Positions 17,661 to 38,330 of a DNA stretch of 64,000 nt are shown piece by piece. Position 1 is the first letter of the stretch. Each line of letters opens with the position of its first letter. The translations under genes and the position numbers were made by a program. Below the pieces are notes generated by a model. That model was not told the DNA's origin. It made no database searches and saw only the letters and a list, made by a program, of their open reading frames with translations. The DNA lies in NCBI RefSeq assembly GCF_009914755.1, contig NC_060925.1. One strand, given 5' to 3'. This DNA comes from the human T2T-CHM13v2.0 reference genome, Homo sapiens.

Positions 17661-18251
17661 ATACAAATGTAGTTAAATTGCTTTATCTTATAGAGAAGAG
17701 TGGTAAAATGACAGTGTTACTAGAAACTAAATACCATACCCATGTTTTTCTTTAAAAATGTATTTTCATTTTCAAATTACCAATAGCATCTATTTGTTTG
17801 AAAAGAGCTATGGAAATAATTTGTTGTACATACTCTTACTTCCTTGAAGTTTGTCTAATCTCTATGGTATACTGCTGCCAGATTAATTTTCCTGAAATAT
17901 CACTTTGATATCTAGCTTATTTCCTAATTCAAAACTTTTAATTATTTTATTTGACTTAAAATGCCATATATATTTTGGTTTCAGATGTATGTCCTTTTAA
18001 ATTTGTCAGATTTTCAGAGCTAGCAACTGTAAGTATGAGGGAAGAAGTTGCTGCAAACTTTGTCCATAAATTAGATAATTCACTTTTGAATAGTGGAAGT
18101 TTTATATTCCTTTGTTTGTAATCTTATGTACATAAGAGACAATTCAAAGTAACAAAAGCTAAGATACTTAAGGAGTTGTCTGATATTACAGACCTGCCAG
18201 CAATAATTTTTATGAATATAGAAGATGAATTAAGCATATATTAACCATGAC

Positions 18252-18589
<338 letters not shown>

Positions 18590-18755
18590 TAAAAAGATTT
18601 CTATGCATTCACTGCAGATTAATAAATTTAAATAGATGGTATATTGTAAGTTAGCGTCAGTGTCTGGGACCTGGCCTATTGTGGAGTAATAATGTTCTCC
18701 TAGTTTAAATATCTAAAAAACTAATAGTAGACACACACATATAAATAATTGGAGT

Positions 18756-18956
18756 GGCTTGGTGCGGTGGCTCAGGCCTGTAATCTCAGTACTTTGGGAG
18801 ACTGAGGTGGGCGGATTGCTGGAGCTCAGGAAGTCAAGGCTACAGTGAGCCATGATTGTGCCACTGCACTTCAGCCTGGGCAACAGAGCAAGACTCTGTC
18901 TCAAAAAATAAAATAAAATAAAATAAAATAAAATAAAATAAAATAAAATAAAATAA
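18756..18956 (+). mobile_element. Alu monomer (FRAM-like or left/right-arm hybrid) with (TAAAA)n tail
   Basis: About 147-nt monomer then (TAAAA)n; flanked by aattggag / attggag. Confidence 0.85.
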
Positions 18957-19909
18957 ATTATTGGAGCACAAGGTTGAGATGTTTTAGTAGGTTTGGTATT
19001 AAAACTACATATTTTTCTGATTTGCAGAATACAGTATAGTGCTATAGAACAGTGGACAGTCATGGCAGTTGTCTGTGGCCATCCATACCCCAGTGTGTGT
19101 TGAGCAGATTGATGCTCCAACACTGCCATGATATGGAACCATTTTTGCAATTTGTTAGGTTATAGCAGTGAAGCAGATTGTTTTTAATTAATGTCAGTGA
19201 TGTGATTTAGTGGAATAAAATAGGTGGTCATTAAAACAAAAACTTTAGTAACTGTTATTTTGTTGCTTGCTTGTTTTCCGGTAACTGCATAAATGAGCTT
19301 CTGTAATAGAAAAAAAAAAAATCTTTACAATGCTCAGATTCCTTCTCAGCCTGTACTGTTCCATGTTTGAAACAGTGTTAGAATGAGCTGTGTTACAAAG
19401 TACACTATGTTAGAAGCTGTCCCAGGGGCCCGTCTTTTCAGGAAGTTCTTTTGCTATACTTGGAGGATTGTGAGAATACTGATTATTGTTTTCCTGAAGC
19501 TAAAACTGTTAGTTTGTGGTTAGCAAACAAGTAAACAAATATTAAAAACGTAACTAGAGAGTGGTGAAAGCTGTGAAGAAAGTAAAAGCAGGATAATACA
19601 AGTGATCTGAAGGAATCATGTGTTATTATAGTTAGAGTGGCTAGGAGCAGTCTTATACAGGAGATTATATTTGAGCAGAGATTTGAAAGATGAGGAGCCA
19701 TTTAGGCAAAGATCAGAGGCTATCGCATTGCCGACAGAGGGAATAAATACGAAGACCCTGAGTTAGTATATAATTCACAAAATAAATAAACTTCATGGCT
19801 GGATGATAAAGGTCCTACTAAGAATTTCCTGGAGGGAACATCTTCAGGAATTTGAAAGTGTAGAGTCACATTTATTTACCATATAATATGTGTGATAGGA
19901 AGTACTTGA

Positions 19910-20445
19910 CTCATTCAATAAGTACTTTTTGGTTACGGGATGTAGTAATGAGAAGACAGACCAAGCCCCTGCTTTCATGGAGCTACTATTTTAGTAGTAA
20001 AGTTGACCAGTAAACAATTAGACAAATTGTAACAATTGCAGGAAATGGTAAATGCTGTGAAAAAAATAAATTAGTAAGGAGCTACAAGGAGTGGAACAGG
20101 CTCTTTTCATAGGAGGCTTTCAGGGAAGGCCTGTCAACTGAGTTGATATTTGAACTGAGACCTAAATACCTGAAGGAACTGGCAGATGATCTGGAAAAAG
20201 AACATTCCAGGCAAAAGAAATAGTAAGCTTACTGGCTCTGATGTAAGAGGAGTTTGGTATGTTTCAGGAACTGAAAGAAGGCCACTGATTTTGGTAGTGA
20301 GCAAGATTGATATGGAGAGTGATAAGAGATCTGGTTGAGAAAAAGATTGTAGCCAAAGCAAGTGAAGCTCTATAAGCCAGATTTTATTGTGAATGTGCAA
20401 GGATGTCTCTGGAGGATTTTAAGGAGGACAATGAGTTGATCTGGT
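19910..20445 (-). mobile_element. L2 fragment
   Basis: tcattcaataagta..., ccctgctttcatggagct, gaacattccaggcaaa, gaggattttaag..ga...gatctggttt. Confidence 0.6.
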
Positions 20446-20498
20446 TTATTTTTTTTTCAGAATCATTAAATGCCATAATAATAATTTTGGTAAAATAG

Positions 20499-20832
<334 letters not shown>

Positions 20833-21487
20833 AGAATGTTTGTATTTTAATGTAGTAACATTATAGTAAAACAAAATAATTTGGGAAAAGACTTGATGGC
20901 AAGTATATAACTTTAGTAAGTACAGAGTGCTATGCCAATATAAAATCACTGTTTCATCAAGGCAAAAGCTTTCAAGGATCTTTAAAAACAAAAAAAAAAA
21001 GAAAAGAAAAATCACTGTTTCTTGCATGGTGAAGTAGGGAGTCAACATGAGTAATAATCAGATAAGAACTTTCAGAAGCTTCTTTTTTATACCAAAACAT
21101 TTTGCCAATCTTATTATTTTTTTAAAAATTTGTTTTTGGTGTTGAAAATGCATAGCTTTAGATGTTGTAATCATAGTATTTGGTCAGGGAGCTTGGAAAC
21201 ATTTTAATTGTTCTTCCATCCAGCCTTCAGGTTGCTTTGTGGAGAAATACTTGAGAGAACTAGGCACAGAAAAGGCAAAGCAAGACCAAGAAAACATTTT
21301 AGCATTAGCTCAGGTTAGGTTCCAACCCCTGATGCAGAAATCTGGTAGGTGAAACTGGACCAAGTAAAAGGGCTGTTTTTGTCCTGAGCCAGATTGGCCT
21401 AGAACCAAGTGTAGTCATAAATGTCCTTTATTTTCCTACGACAACCAAACATGGAACTCATTCTTCCAAAAATAGGGTCAATGTTCA

Positions 21488-21967
<480 letters not shown>

Positions 21968-22761
21968 TTATGTGGAAAATCTTCAAAGGAGAGAGAAGGA
22001 CAAAACACCTTTCTCAGAGCTCCTCTTAATACCTTATTTAATAATCATAAGGAAGAGAGAATGAGAGAAGGATGACCAACCTTTCTCCTGAGGGAGTAGG
22101 TCCTGGGCTCATCAACACTGCAGCCATATGGGAAGAGGCAAAGAAAAGGCCATGACTCAGTGCTGACCTTTGACTCCTTTGAATATACTAACCTACAAAA
22201 TGTGGGGCCCAGTCTGTGTTTTGGAGTCATTTATTCTCTATCCTAGATATAGAATAAAGGGATGGGCCCCTTTATTCCTCATGGTGCTTTGAAGAGAGAA
22301 ATTATTTCCTTCCCCTTGAGCCAACTTTGTAATGAAAAGGATTTAGACTTTTTCATTTTTTGTCTGTATAGTAAAGTTGCTTCAGAAAAACACAATGAGA
22401 AGAAGCATGGTAGAACATCTTGTGAATAACCTCAAAAGAAAGAATATTGCATGTATCTCTAATTGCCTTTTTTTCCTCCCTGATAAATGAGGAGAGATAA
22501 ATCGTATTGAACAAAGTACTAAAAAGTGCTCAACAACACTTTTATCTCTTTAAGTTTGTCTTTTTCTAACTTCTAGGAGTCATTTTTAGGAAAGATGGAT
22601 GCCTGTAGATTTCAGCTTATTTTTATATAATGGAGCCAAAGTGAAATTCTTCAAGTTCTTAATAGGAAAAAAAGGTATACTTTACAGTTGTGCCACCCAG
22701 CCAAGGCTAACATATATTCTCTATATATGCTATATGTGCATATATTCTGTAATATAATCTA

Positions 22762-23091
<330 letters not shown>

Positions 23092-26000
23092 TCAAAAAAC
23101 AATTTTATATAGAATCTTTTTATACAGAATCAACTCCACAAAGAGGGGGCCATAATTGTCATCGTATTCCCAGTGCCTAGTCTAGAGAAGATGTTGAATC
23201 ATTGAATAAATAAGAGGTATTAGCGAATGTTTTAATTAAGAATTAAATATATTTTTTAAGAAAAGAAAGTCATTCAGAATTATTACTAAGAGAGTGGTGG
23301 AGGTTCTTTGTTTTGTTCCTCCCCCTTGACATTTGAATAGAGTAAGCAGTAATTATTGAAATACGTATTTATTGAGTTGTGAGAATTAAGTGTTTTGGGG
23401 GAGGCTCCTGAATGCCTGGAGTTTATACGAGAATCTAACCAAGTGATTAGATGGTTTGTTTTCTGCTTTATCATTTTAATATAACAAGTACCTTTATAAT
23501 TTCAAATACTCATAGGGAAAAGAGTGTTGACTTTTTGTTTCAGTTAACCAGTGATCATTTGACTTTCCTCTCTACCTTTGCTTTTTGTGTCTAGCTGTGT
23601 TGTTTAAAATTTAACAAATAATTAATCATGTTTAATATATAATACCTGCATTTTTACCAGTTTTTTTCATGAAGTGAAGCATGATTGAGATATAAATACT
23701 GTAGATCTATTTAATACCAATGATATATTTTAGAAACTAAGTCCGGCTACAGTAGATTTAGGTTGTTCCTCATTTTTTTTCATTATATATTAATAGTTGG
23801 ATTGTATTGATCTAGAAATCTTTTAATTATATGTTAATTTGGAATTTTATTGGGTTGGGTCCAAGCCATTTTTTTTGCAAGAGCAGATAAAATCCAAAGA
23901 ATAGCTATGACCTACGGCTCTTGGCGTGGGGCCTGGCACAAGACAATGAATGAGGCCAATCAGATTCTTTGCCTCAGAGACCTGAACAAATCGTGGAAGG
24001 AATTTGCTTGTTAGCAAATTGGGAAATTAAGCAGAGTCATGAGGTAGAGTTAGGGCTGGAGGAGCTGTGAGAAACCATGGAGTTAACGCTGGGGAGGGTG
24101 CCTGGAAAAGCCTCATAACCATTTTTCCCTATTAATGAATATAGGTCTATACCATGATTTTTGAAGGCTGCACAATATTCTGTGGTATGAAAAGTACCAC
24201 AATTTATTTGCCCCAATCCCTTGTTGATGAATGTGTAGGACCTCCCCACACCAAAGGGTTTTTAATCACAACAATGACACCATCAGAGTTCGATTTTTAA
24301 AAGATAGAAAAGACTATGTAACCTAGACTAAGCAAACTAGGTATATATTGTAGTGACTTTTACTGACATAGGAAAAAGAGGAGAGAAAGGAATTGGAGTG
24401 GGGGAAATGGCCATGGTAGAGTGCAGAGATAATACATTCAGTTTGGGACAGGTTTAGGATGCCTTCAGGACACCCAGGAAAAGATAACCAGGGAGATATG
24501 GGCTTGAGATAGAGATTTGGGAATCAGCTGAGAGTAGTGGTTATTGACGTCATGGAAATTGTGATGCCCAGGGAGGGCATGTTTCGAAGTGAAAAGAGAA
24601 GGTCAGAGATAGAACTGTTAGAAGACAAATATTCAACTAATGTGCAGAAAATACTGTGGAGGGTAGTCAAAGGTGTAGGATATAGAATTGAACAACTCTG
24701 GCTAACATCTGAATCTTCTTGTTCTATGAAATGCCTATTTTTTTTTCTGATTTTTTTTCCATTTTGCTGGTTGATCATGTTTTTGGTCTTATATCTCAGA
24801 TTGGGAATTTTAACAATGTGTTTAATAACTATAGAATATCAGGATATGTTAAGAGTGATCTTATAGATTTTTCATAATTTTGAAATAAAAATGGAAAATT
24901 CTTTAAACTTTTTTTAAATAATGAGGCAGACAGGTTCAGAAATTATTTGGCTATTTTGACATTTTATCATTTGCAATAAATACTATGCATAGGTACCATG
25001 TGTCTATAATAAGCCTTTTCTTCTTATTAATAGAGTTTATGCCATACCATTAGTTTCCTTGTCACTAAAAGAATATAAGAATATTATTCAAGAAAGCCTG
25101 AAAACGCAAGGAAACTAGTTTTTTGTCTTTATTTTGTTAAAAAGCATTATTTATTGAATTGTTAATGTTTAGAATTTAGATTTAAGTAATGTCTGTGATT
25201 TATTACAAATTAGTGTTTTAAAGGATCCTTATGTGACATGGTCTACCAAAATTACAGAGGTCGATGTTTTATGTGGGCAGTACTTGTCAACTCTTTGAAA
25301 AGCTGATGCTGGTAAGGTGTTGTCAGCTGATACAGTTAAAAAAACTTAACAGTCTTTTGTAACCCTTTAGCAGTAAAGATTGACAATTTTATGTAGGTAG
25401 GAGCATTTAGTGAGAATTATGACACCCTGTCATTTTTGCTTAATTTGGGGGCAAGGAAATTCTAGCATACTTGTTCATATATTCAAACTTATTTCAAGTA
25501 AGTATAAGTTCTGGTACCCACCAGATCTACAATTCCTGATAGTTACACTTTCTGTGCTCTGGCCATATGTATTTGTAGAGGCAGTGAGGTGTGGGTTAGG
25601 TAATGTTTGGTCTCTTAGTTCCACCTCTAAGGCATGCTAATATGGTAGTTGCTTGCCAGCAGCATTGGTCTGGAAATGGGTGACTTCTAGATACCTGGTA
25701 GGTTGGAGGAAAGGTGTTACTACTTCTTACTGTGCTGTTTGAGTATCTGCCATAGATATTTATGTGCAAATCTTGTGAAACCCCCTGCTGTTTCTCAGCT
25801 GTAAGTTGTCTTTGTAGTTTATAAAAACCTGGGATGGCTACTTAACGAGGTGGATATCATGACTTTTTCTTTTCTGTTTCTCACAGTGCTTGGGAAGTGA
25901 AGCCTGACTGAGTGGTAGAGGTAAATTGGGGAACAGTTACGATTATGTCAAAACCTTGTGTGGTTCAGTTTCGTTTTCTTCTAATAAAACTAGCGCCATG

Positions 26001-26487
26001 AGGCACTTTTTTTATACACACCCAGCTGAAAGAAATGTGCTGACAAACTTTTTTTCAGGGAATTTTTTGAGTGTTAATTGGAGCTGTTACTGATGGTTAT
26101 TTTTATATGATAAAGTGTATTTCAGTGAATTTAATGTAACTTGTTTTAGATTTTTAGATTTGAAGCACAGTTTTTGGCTCAGGACCAAATATGCCTGGAA
26201 AACTTTCAAATCTGGAAAGCTATAAAACACAAACATACTTTGAAGTACGGCATATGTGACTGTTTAAAATATACTAGGAATGTCTTTATTGGTTAGCAAA
26301 TGAAAGAACATAGCTATCATTTTTATATTGTTGGCATAGGGTAGCAGCAATTATGTTGAGTGGTGGTGGACAGGCCTGAGCTGCCTTATATAAATTATCA
26401 TAAAAATAAGTTTGCCCAGGTCACTATGGTTAGGACATTTGAAAAATACATATGTTCTGTACTTAAATCTTGATTTATTGAATATAA

Positions 26488-26838
<351 letters not shown>

Positions 26839-27785
26839 TGTAATCTCATGATTACATCATGTGTACTCTTGATAGTTACTGTTTTTTTCCTGCTTACATG
26901 TCTTTGATGGCTCATTGGCAACTCCATTATTAGTGAACCAGGCACATGAAGAAATTTCCTAATTTATTTCCTTTAAGTGTTAATTGATATAACATTTTGG
27001 GGGGAAAACATAAAAATAAATGATTACAGTGAAGTTTGAAGATTATCTTCAGATTTTATTCATTATTGTAATAAAATGATTCTGTAGGCTAATCTGATGG
27101 CCATACAGTGACTGTATAATGCCTTAAGTAATAAAAACACTAAAAATCTTTAGAGCATTGGGAAATTTTTAGAGCAGTTTGATATACATCTCATTTGATG
27201 CCGTGTGTGGTAAGAAATGAAGTATTATCCCACATTTAACAGATGAAGAAGATGAGGCTGAGTGAAGTCCATTGATGTCCTAAGGTCAGAACTTACTTTT
27301 TAAAAAATCAACTTTACTAAGGCATAATTTACATAAAATGTACCCATTTAAAGTAATTTGAACAGTTTTGACAAAGGTATGCACTCTTGTAGATACCACT
27401 ACAGTTGAGATATAGAACATAATAACCCCCCAAAATTCCCTTGTGCCTTTTTGCAGTCAGCCCGCAGCCCCACCCCACTTCAGGCATCCATTAATCTCAG
27501 TTCTGTCGTTGTAGATTAATTTTTGCCTGTTCTAGAATTTCATATAGATGAAAGCAAACTGCACGAACTCTTTTTTTACTAGATTCTTTTGCTCATATTT
27601 TTGAGATTCATCTATGTTGCTATGTGTAGTTTATTCCTTTTTATTGCTGAATATTCCATTCTGTGAATACCACAATTTGCTTATTCATTTACCTGCTGAT
27701 GGACTTTGATGCTGTTTCCAGTTTTGATGTGTTAGAAATAACGCAGCTATGATTTGTATTTAGACATGTATTTTCATTTCTCTCT

Positions 27786-28067
27786 TTTTTTTTTTTTTTT
27801 TTTTTTTTTTTGAGACAGGGTCTTACTCTGTCATCCAGGCTAGAGTACAGTGGCAGTGGCTTGATCACGGGCTCAACCTCCTGGGCTCAGGTGATTCTCC
27901 CACCTCTGCCTCCCAAGTAGCGTGCACTACCACACCCAGCTAATTTTTTGTAGACATAGGGTTTCACTGTGTTGCCCAGCCTGGTCTGGAACTATTGGAA
28001 TCAAGCAATTCGCCTGCCTCGGCCTCCCAAAGTACTGGATTACAGGCCTGAGCCACTGCACCCGACC
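27786..28067 (-). mobile_element. Alu (AluJ-like)
   Basis: PolyT plus diverged reverse dimer; TSD tattttcatttctct. Confidence 0.92.
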
Positions 28068-28458
28068 TTATTTTCATTTCTCTTGGTGGGCCATATGTAT
28101 GTTTGACTATTAAGCTATCAAGCAATTTTCCAAAGTGGTTGTACTTTCTATTTCACCACCAGCAATGTCTGAGCGTTCCAGTTGCTCCACTTCTTTGCCA
28201 ATACTTTTGGTATTGTCAGTCTTAATTGTAGACATTCTAGTGTAAATTAGATTCTCCTTGTGGTTTTATTTTGCATTTCCCTGAGGACTAATAGAATTTA
28301 ATGTTTTTTGTATGCTTACTGGTCATTCATACATCTTTTATGAAATGTCTGTTCAAATCTTTTTCTCAGTGTCTTATTGGGGTTTTTATTTTCTTATTAC
28401 TGTAGGAGTTATTTATACTGAATACAAGTCCTTTGACAAATACATGCATTGCAGATAG

Positions 28459-28790
<332 letters not shown>

Positions 28791-30297
28791 TGCGTTTCAT
28801 TTTCTTCGTGGTGTCTTTCAAGGAATTTTAAATTTTGATGAAGACCAGTTTACAATTTTTTTCTTTTTTAGTTAGTGCTTTTATGTCCTAAGAAATCTTT
28901 TCTTGCCTATATTATGGTTGTAAAGATTTTTTTCCCCTATGTTTTCTTCTCGAAGTTTACAGTTTTAGCTTTTTCATTTAGAACTATGATTCATTTTGGA
29001 TCAGTTTTTTTGTATAGTGTGGTCGAGGTTCATTTTACCCTTTTTTTTTAACAAGATTATCTAGTTGTTCCAGTAGTATTTATTGAAGACTGTTGTCTCC
29101 TCATTGACTGACGTCGACACCTGTGTCTCTTCCATTGATTTAGATGTCTGTTAGGCTGTGCCACACAGTCTTGACTAATGTAGCTTCATAATAAGTCTTG
29201 AAACTTGTTAGTGTAAGCCATCCGGCTTTGTTGTTTTTTATCAAAATTGTTTTCGTTATTCTAGGTTCTTTGCATTTCCATATAAATTTTAGAATCAACT
29301 TGTCAATTTCTATTAAAAAAAAAGCTTGCTAGGATTTAGATTGGAATTGTGTTGAATCTATAGACCATTTTGGGAAGAATTAATAGTTTAACAATTTGTG
29401 TCTTCCAGTGAAAACATGGTTTCTCTTCTCATTTAAGTATTCTTTAATTTATTTCAGTAGTGTTTTATAGTTTTTAGCATATGAGATTCATATGCACTTT
29501 GTTGAATCTTTCATATTTTTGATTTGGAATTGCATTTCAGATTTAATTCTTAAATTATTTATTGCTAATATATAGAAATACAATTGAATTTTGAACATTT
29601 TTTTTATCCTGTGACCTTGCTATATACATTTATTCCTAGTATGTTTTTGTGGATTTGTCAGAACTTTCAACGTAAACAATCATGTTGTCTGTGAATAAAC
29701 ACAGTTTTACTTCTTCCTTTCCACTATGTATGTGGTCTGCTCCCCGCTTCTTATTGCACTGCCAAACACTAACAGTTAATGTTGAGTAAAAGTGGTGAGA
29801 CCAGACATTTTTGTCTTATTCCTCATCTTATCAGGAATCTGTTGAGTTCCCATTGTTAAATGTGATATTATCTGTAGGATTTTTGAAGATGTTCTTTTTC
29901 GGGTTAAGGGAGTGCCTTTCTGTTCCACGTTTGCTAAGAAATATATGTATGTTTATGTTTTTAAAATCATGAATAACTGCTGTATTTTTCAAATGCTTTT
30001 TCTGCCTCTATTAAGATAATCATATGGCTGTTCTCATTTATCCTGTTAATAGGTGAGTTACGTTGATTTCAAATATTAAACTGGTCTTGAATTCCTGGAG
30101 TTAAACTCAGTTGGTCACGGTAAATTATCTCTTTTATATATTGTTAGGTTTAATTTGTTAATATTTTCTCAAGGGTGTTTACAGCCATGTTCGTGAGAGA
30201 TATTTTTCTTCTCATTTCTTTGTCTTGTGTTAGCATCAGGGTAATACTGTTTTTATATAATGAGTTGCAAAGTGTTCCCTACTCCACTGTTTTCTGA

Positions 30298-31072
<775 letters not shown>

Positions 31073-31378
31073 TAATACTCCCTTATTATCTTTTTAATAT
31101 CTATAGAACCTGTGGTGATATCCCTTTTTACTTTCCTGGTGTTATTAATATATATGGAGGTTTATCAATTCTGTTAATCTTTTCTAAAAACCAGCTCTTT
31201 GTTTCAGTTTTTTAAACTAATTTTTGCTTGTTTTCTGTTTCATTGATTTCTGTTCTTTATTATTTCTTTTCTTTTTCTTATTTTGGCTTTTTAAAAAAAT
31301 CTAGCTTCTTAAGATGTACTCTTAGGTCATTAATTTTAAAGCTTTCTTCTTTTCTGATACAAGCACTTAAAGCCATAA

Positions 31379-31685
<307 letters not shown>

Positions 31686-31686
31686 T

Positions 31687-33117
31687 AAGCAAGATTTTCA
31701 ATGTAGATGAAATAGCCTTCCTTTAGAAGAGGATGCCATATAGGACTTGCATAGCTAGAGAGGAGAAGTCAGTGACTGGCTTCAGTGCTTCAAAGGACAG
31801 GTTGACTGTTTTGTTATGGGCTATGTGGGCTAATGTAGCTGGTGACTTTAGATCGAAGCCAGTGCTCATTTACCATTCTGAAAATCCTAGGGCACTTAAG
31901 AACTATGCTAAATTGACTATGCCTGTGCTCTATAAGTAGAACAACAAAGCCTGGATGACAGCACATCTATTTATAGCATGGTTTACTGGATATTTTAAGC
32001 CCTTATTGAGACCTGCTCAGAAAAAAAAAAAAAAGATTCCTTTCAAAATATCACTGCTCGTTGACAATGCGCGTGGTCACCCAAGAGCTGTGATGGAGAG
32101 GGACAAGGGCATGAATGTTTTCATGCCTGCTAACACAGCTTCTGTTCTGTGGCCCATGGATCAGGGAGTAATATTGAATTTCAAGTCTTTTTATTTAAGA
32201 AATAACATTTTCTAAGTATATATCTGCTATAGATAGTGATTCCTCTGTTGGATCTGGGCAAAGTAAATTTAAAACCTTCTGAAAAGGATTTACCAATCTA
32301 GATGCCATTCATGATTCGTGGGAGGAGATCAAAATATCAACATGAACAGGAGTTGGGAAGAAGTTGATTTCCAACTTTTAGGGATGACTTTAAGGGGTTC
32401 AGTACTTCAGTGGCAGAAGTATCTGCAGATGTGGTAGAAATAGGAAGAGAACTATAATTAGAAGTGAAGCCCGGAGATAGGACTGAATTGCTGTAATCTC
32501 ATTATCAAAATTGTCTGGATGAGGAGTTGCTTCTTACAGATGAGCAAAGTGGTTTCTTGTGATGGATCTATTCCTGGTGGGGATGCTGTGAACATTGTTG
32601 AAATGACAACAAACAATGGATTTACAGTATTATATATCAAGTTAGTTGGTGAAGCAGCGGCAGAGTTTGATAGGACTGACTCCACGTTTGAAAGAAGTTC
32701 TACTGTGGGTAAAATGCTATCAAATGGCATCACATATTATAGAGAAATTTTTGGTGAAAGAAGAGCCAATCAGCACGCAAGTTTTGTTGTCTCAAGAAAT
32801 TGCCACAGCCATCCCCTCCTTCAGCAATCACCACTCTGATCGAACAACATGGAACCAAGACCCTCCACCATCAAAAATACTGTGTTTCATTGAAGGCTTG
32901 GGTGATTGTTAGCATTTTTTAGCAATACAATATTTTTAAATTAAGTTAGGTACATTGGTTTTTTAGACATAATGATATTGCACTCAATAGATTACAGTAT
33001 AAGCATAACTTTTATATGCCTGGGGATATTAAAAAATTGTGTGACCCGGTTTATTATGCTACTTGCTTTATTGCAATGGAATGGAATGGAACCTGCAATA
33101 TATCCAAGGAGTGCCTG
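31687..33117 (+). mobile_element. Tigger1 DNA transposon, 5'-truncated, with disrupted pogo-family transposase
   Basis: Starts at the IFNVDE motif (attttcaatgtagatgaa). ORF fragments [44 protein letters not shown]. Ends in the TIR-like gcaatatatccaaggagtgcctg followed by TA. Confidence 0.93.
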
Positions 33118-35760
<2,643 letters not shown>

Positions 35761-35854
35761 GTCTTCTTTCTTTTACATTTTTTTGTAGTGCACATTTGCT
35801 AGTGACATCTTTAGATCAATAAACATTGAGAAAAGTTATCTTTATTTTACCTCC

Positions 35855-36163
<309 letters not shown>

Positions 36164-36777
36164 TAGGTTATTTTTGCTGAGTAAGATGCATTCTGTGTCT
36201 TATGGCTTGCATTGTTTCTGAGAGAAGTCAGATGTTATTCTTATCAGATTTCCTCTGTATGTAATGTGTAATTTGATTTTCTTCAGCTGCTTTTAAGATT
36301 TCTTTCTTTTTTTTTCGGAATTTGGTTATGGTGTGCCTTAATGGATTTTTCTTTGTATTTACCCCGTTGGGGATTTTTAAAGCTACTCATATCCTTGAGT
36401 TTATAGTTTTCATCAAAATTGGAAAAATTTCAGCCATTATTTCTCTGAATATTATCCCCCACCATGTTTTTTAGACTCCATTTGTATAACTGCTTGCTAT
36501 TGTCCCACACACAGGTCACCGATGAGGCTCTGAGGCTTTGTTCATTTTTTTAAGGCCTTTTTTCTTTTTATGCTTTAGTTGGATAGCTTGAAATATCACT
36601 GGAAGTTGAGAACAGGAAAATCTGTTATATTTACAGTCTTATTCCTGTGGTCCCTTTCAAAGATGTATTCTGTTGCAGTTAGCACCTGTGATTGTTATTC
36701 TTTTCCTTTAAGACCCTCTTAGAGATTTACTTTTTGTGCGAGCTAGTTAGATATGTTAAAAATTAAATAAATAGTAA

Positions 36778-36980
36778 GGCCAATATGGTGAAGCCCTGTC
36801 TCCACTAAAAATACAAAAATTAGCTGGATGTGGTGGCACGCGCCTGTAATCTCAGTTACTCAGGAGGCTGAGGCAGAAGAATCGCTTGAACCCAGGAGGC
36901 AGAGGTTGCAGTGAGCCAAGAACACGCCACTGCACTCCACCCTGAGTGACAAAGCAAGACCCTGTCTCCAAAAAAAAAAA
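36778..36980 (+). mobile_element. Alu, 5'-truncated
   Basis: Begins at ggccaatatggtgaagccc; full right arm and A-tail. Confidence 0.92.
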
Positions 36981-37286
36981 TACTTACCCAAAATAATTTT
37001 TTTATTTAACTATGCCATATGACCTGAGTTCTTCTTTTTAAGAATATGAACTTTAATTTCCTTAGAACTTTAAACATTCCTAAGAAAGGTAGGTTAAATT
37101 GGGAAAATTAGGCCACCCATAATAGTAAGATTAGTACTTCCATTTAATATATTTGAGGTAATCCTAAAAACATTAATGAGATAGTTTTGTTGAATGTTCA
37201 ATGTGTAAGTCAAGCTGATGTATTTACATTTACAAAAGTGTTTATATTTCATAATCTGAAATAATTGTTGTCTTAAGTAGTTTACC

Positions 37287-38005
<719 letters not shown>

Positions 38006-38169
38006 GATGTATGAGGAATGAATTTTTAAGATGAAAAGAAAATGCTACCATGTGGAGCAGAAATGGTTTCAGTGTCATTTCTCACTGGTAGTGAGAAAGT
38101 ATGGAGTGATCGAGTACATTATCTCTGTAGTGGACAGACCCCAACAATGATCAGCAGTTTGACTTTATA

Positions 38170-38330
38170 ACATTTCTAAAACTCTCTGAGCTTCAGTTTT
38201 CCTCATCTATAGTAAGCAATGATAATATTGTCTGCCTTATAAATAGGTGTGAGGATTAAATACAATAGTGGCTGTGAAGTATCTAATGTGGTGCTTGACC
38301 TATAGTAAGAAAGATCAGTAAACGTTAGCA
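38170..38330 (-). mobile_element. MIR
   Basis: ctctctgagcttcagttttcctcatctat...gtgaggattaaat core. Confidence 0.7.

Noticed and set aside
17985-18034. Possible 44-nt cassette (tttcag|ATG...ACT|gtaagt)
   Set aside because: Weak exonic donor context and competing AGs; expected by chance in AT-rich intron.
31733-32912. Transposase-like ORFs as a domesticated TIGD-type gene
   Set aside because: Multiple stops and frameshifts and no N-terminal DNA-binding region; a decayed Tigger1.
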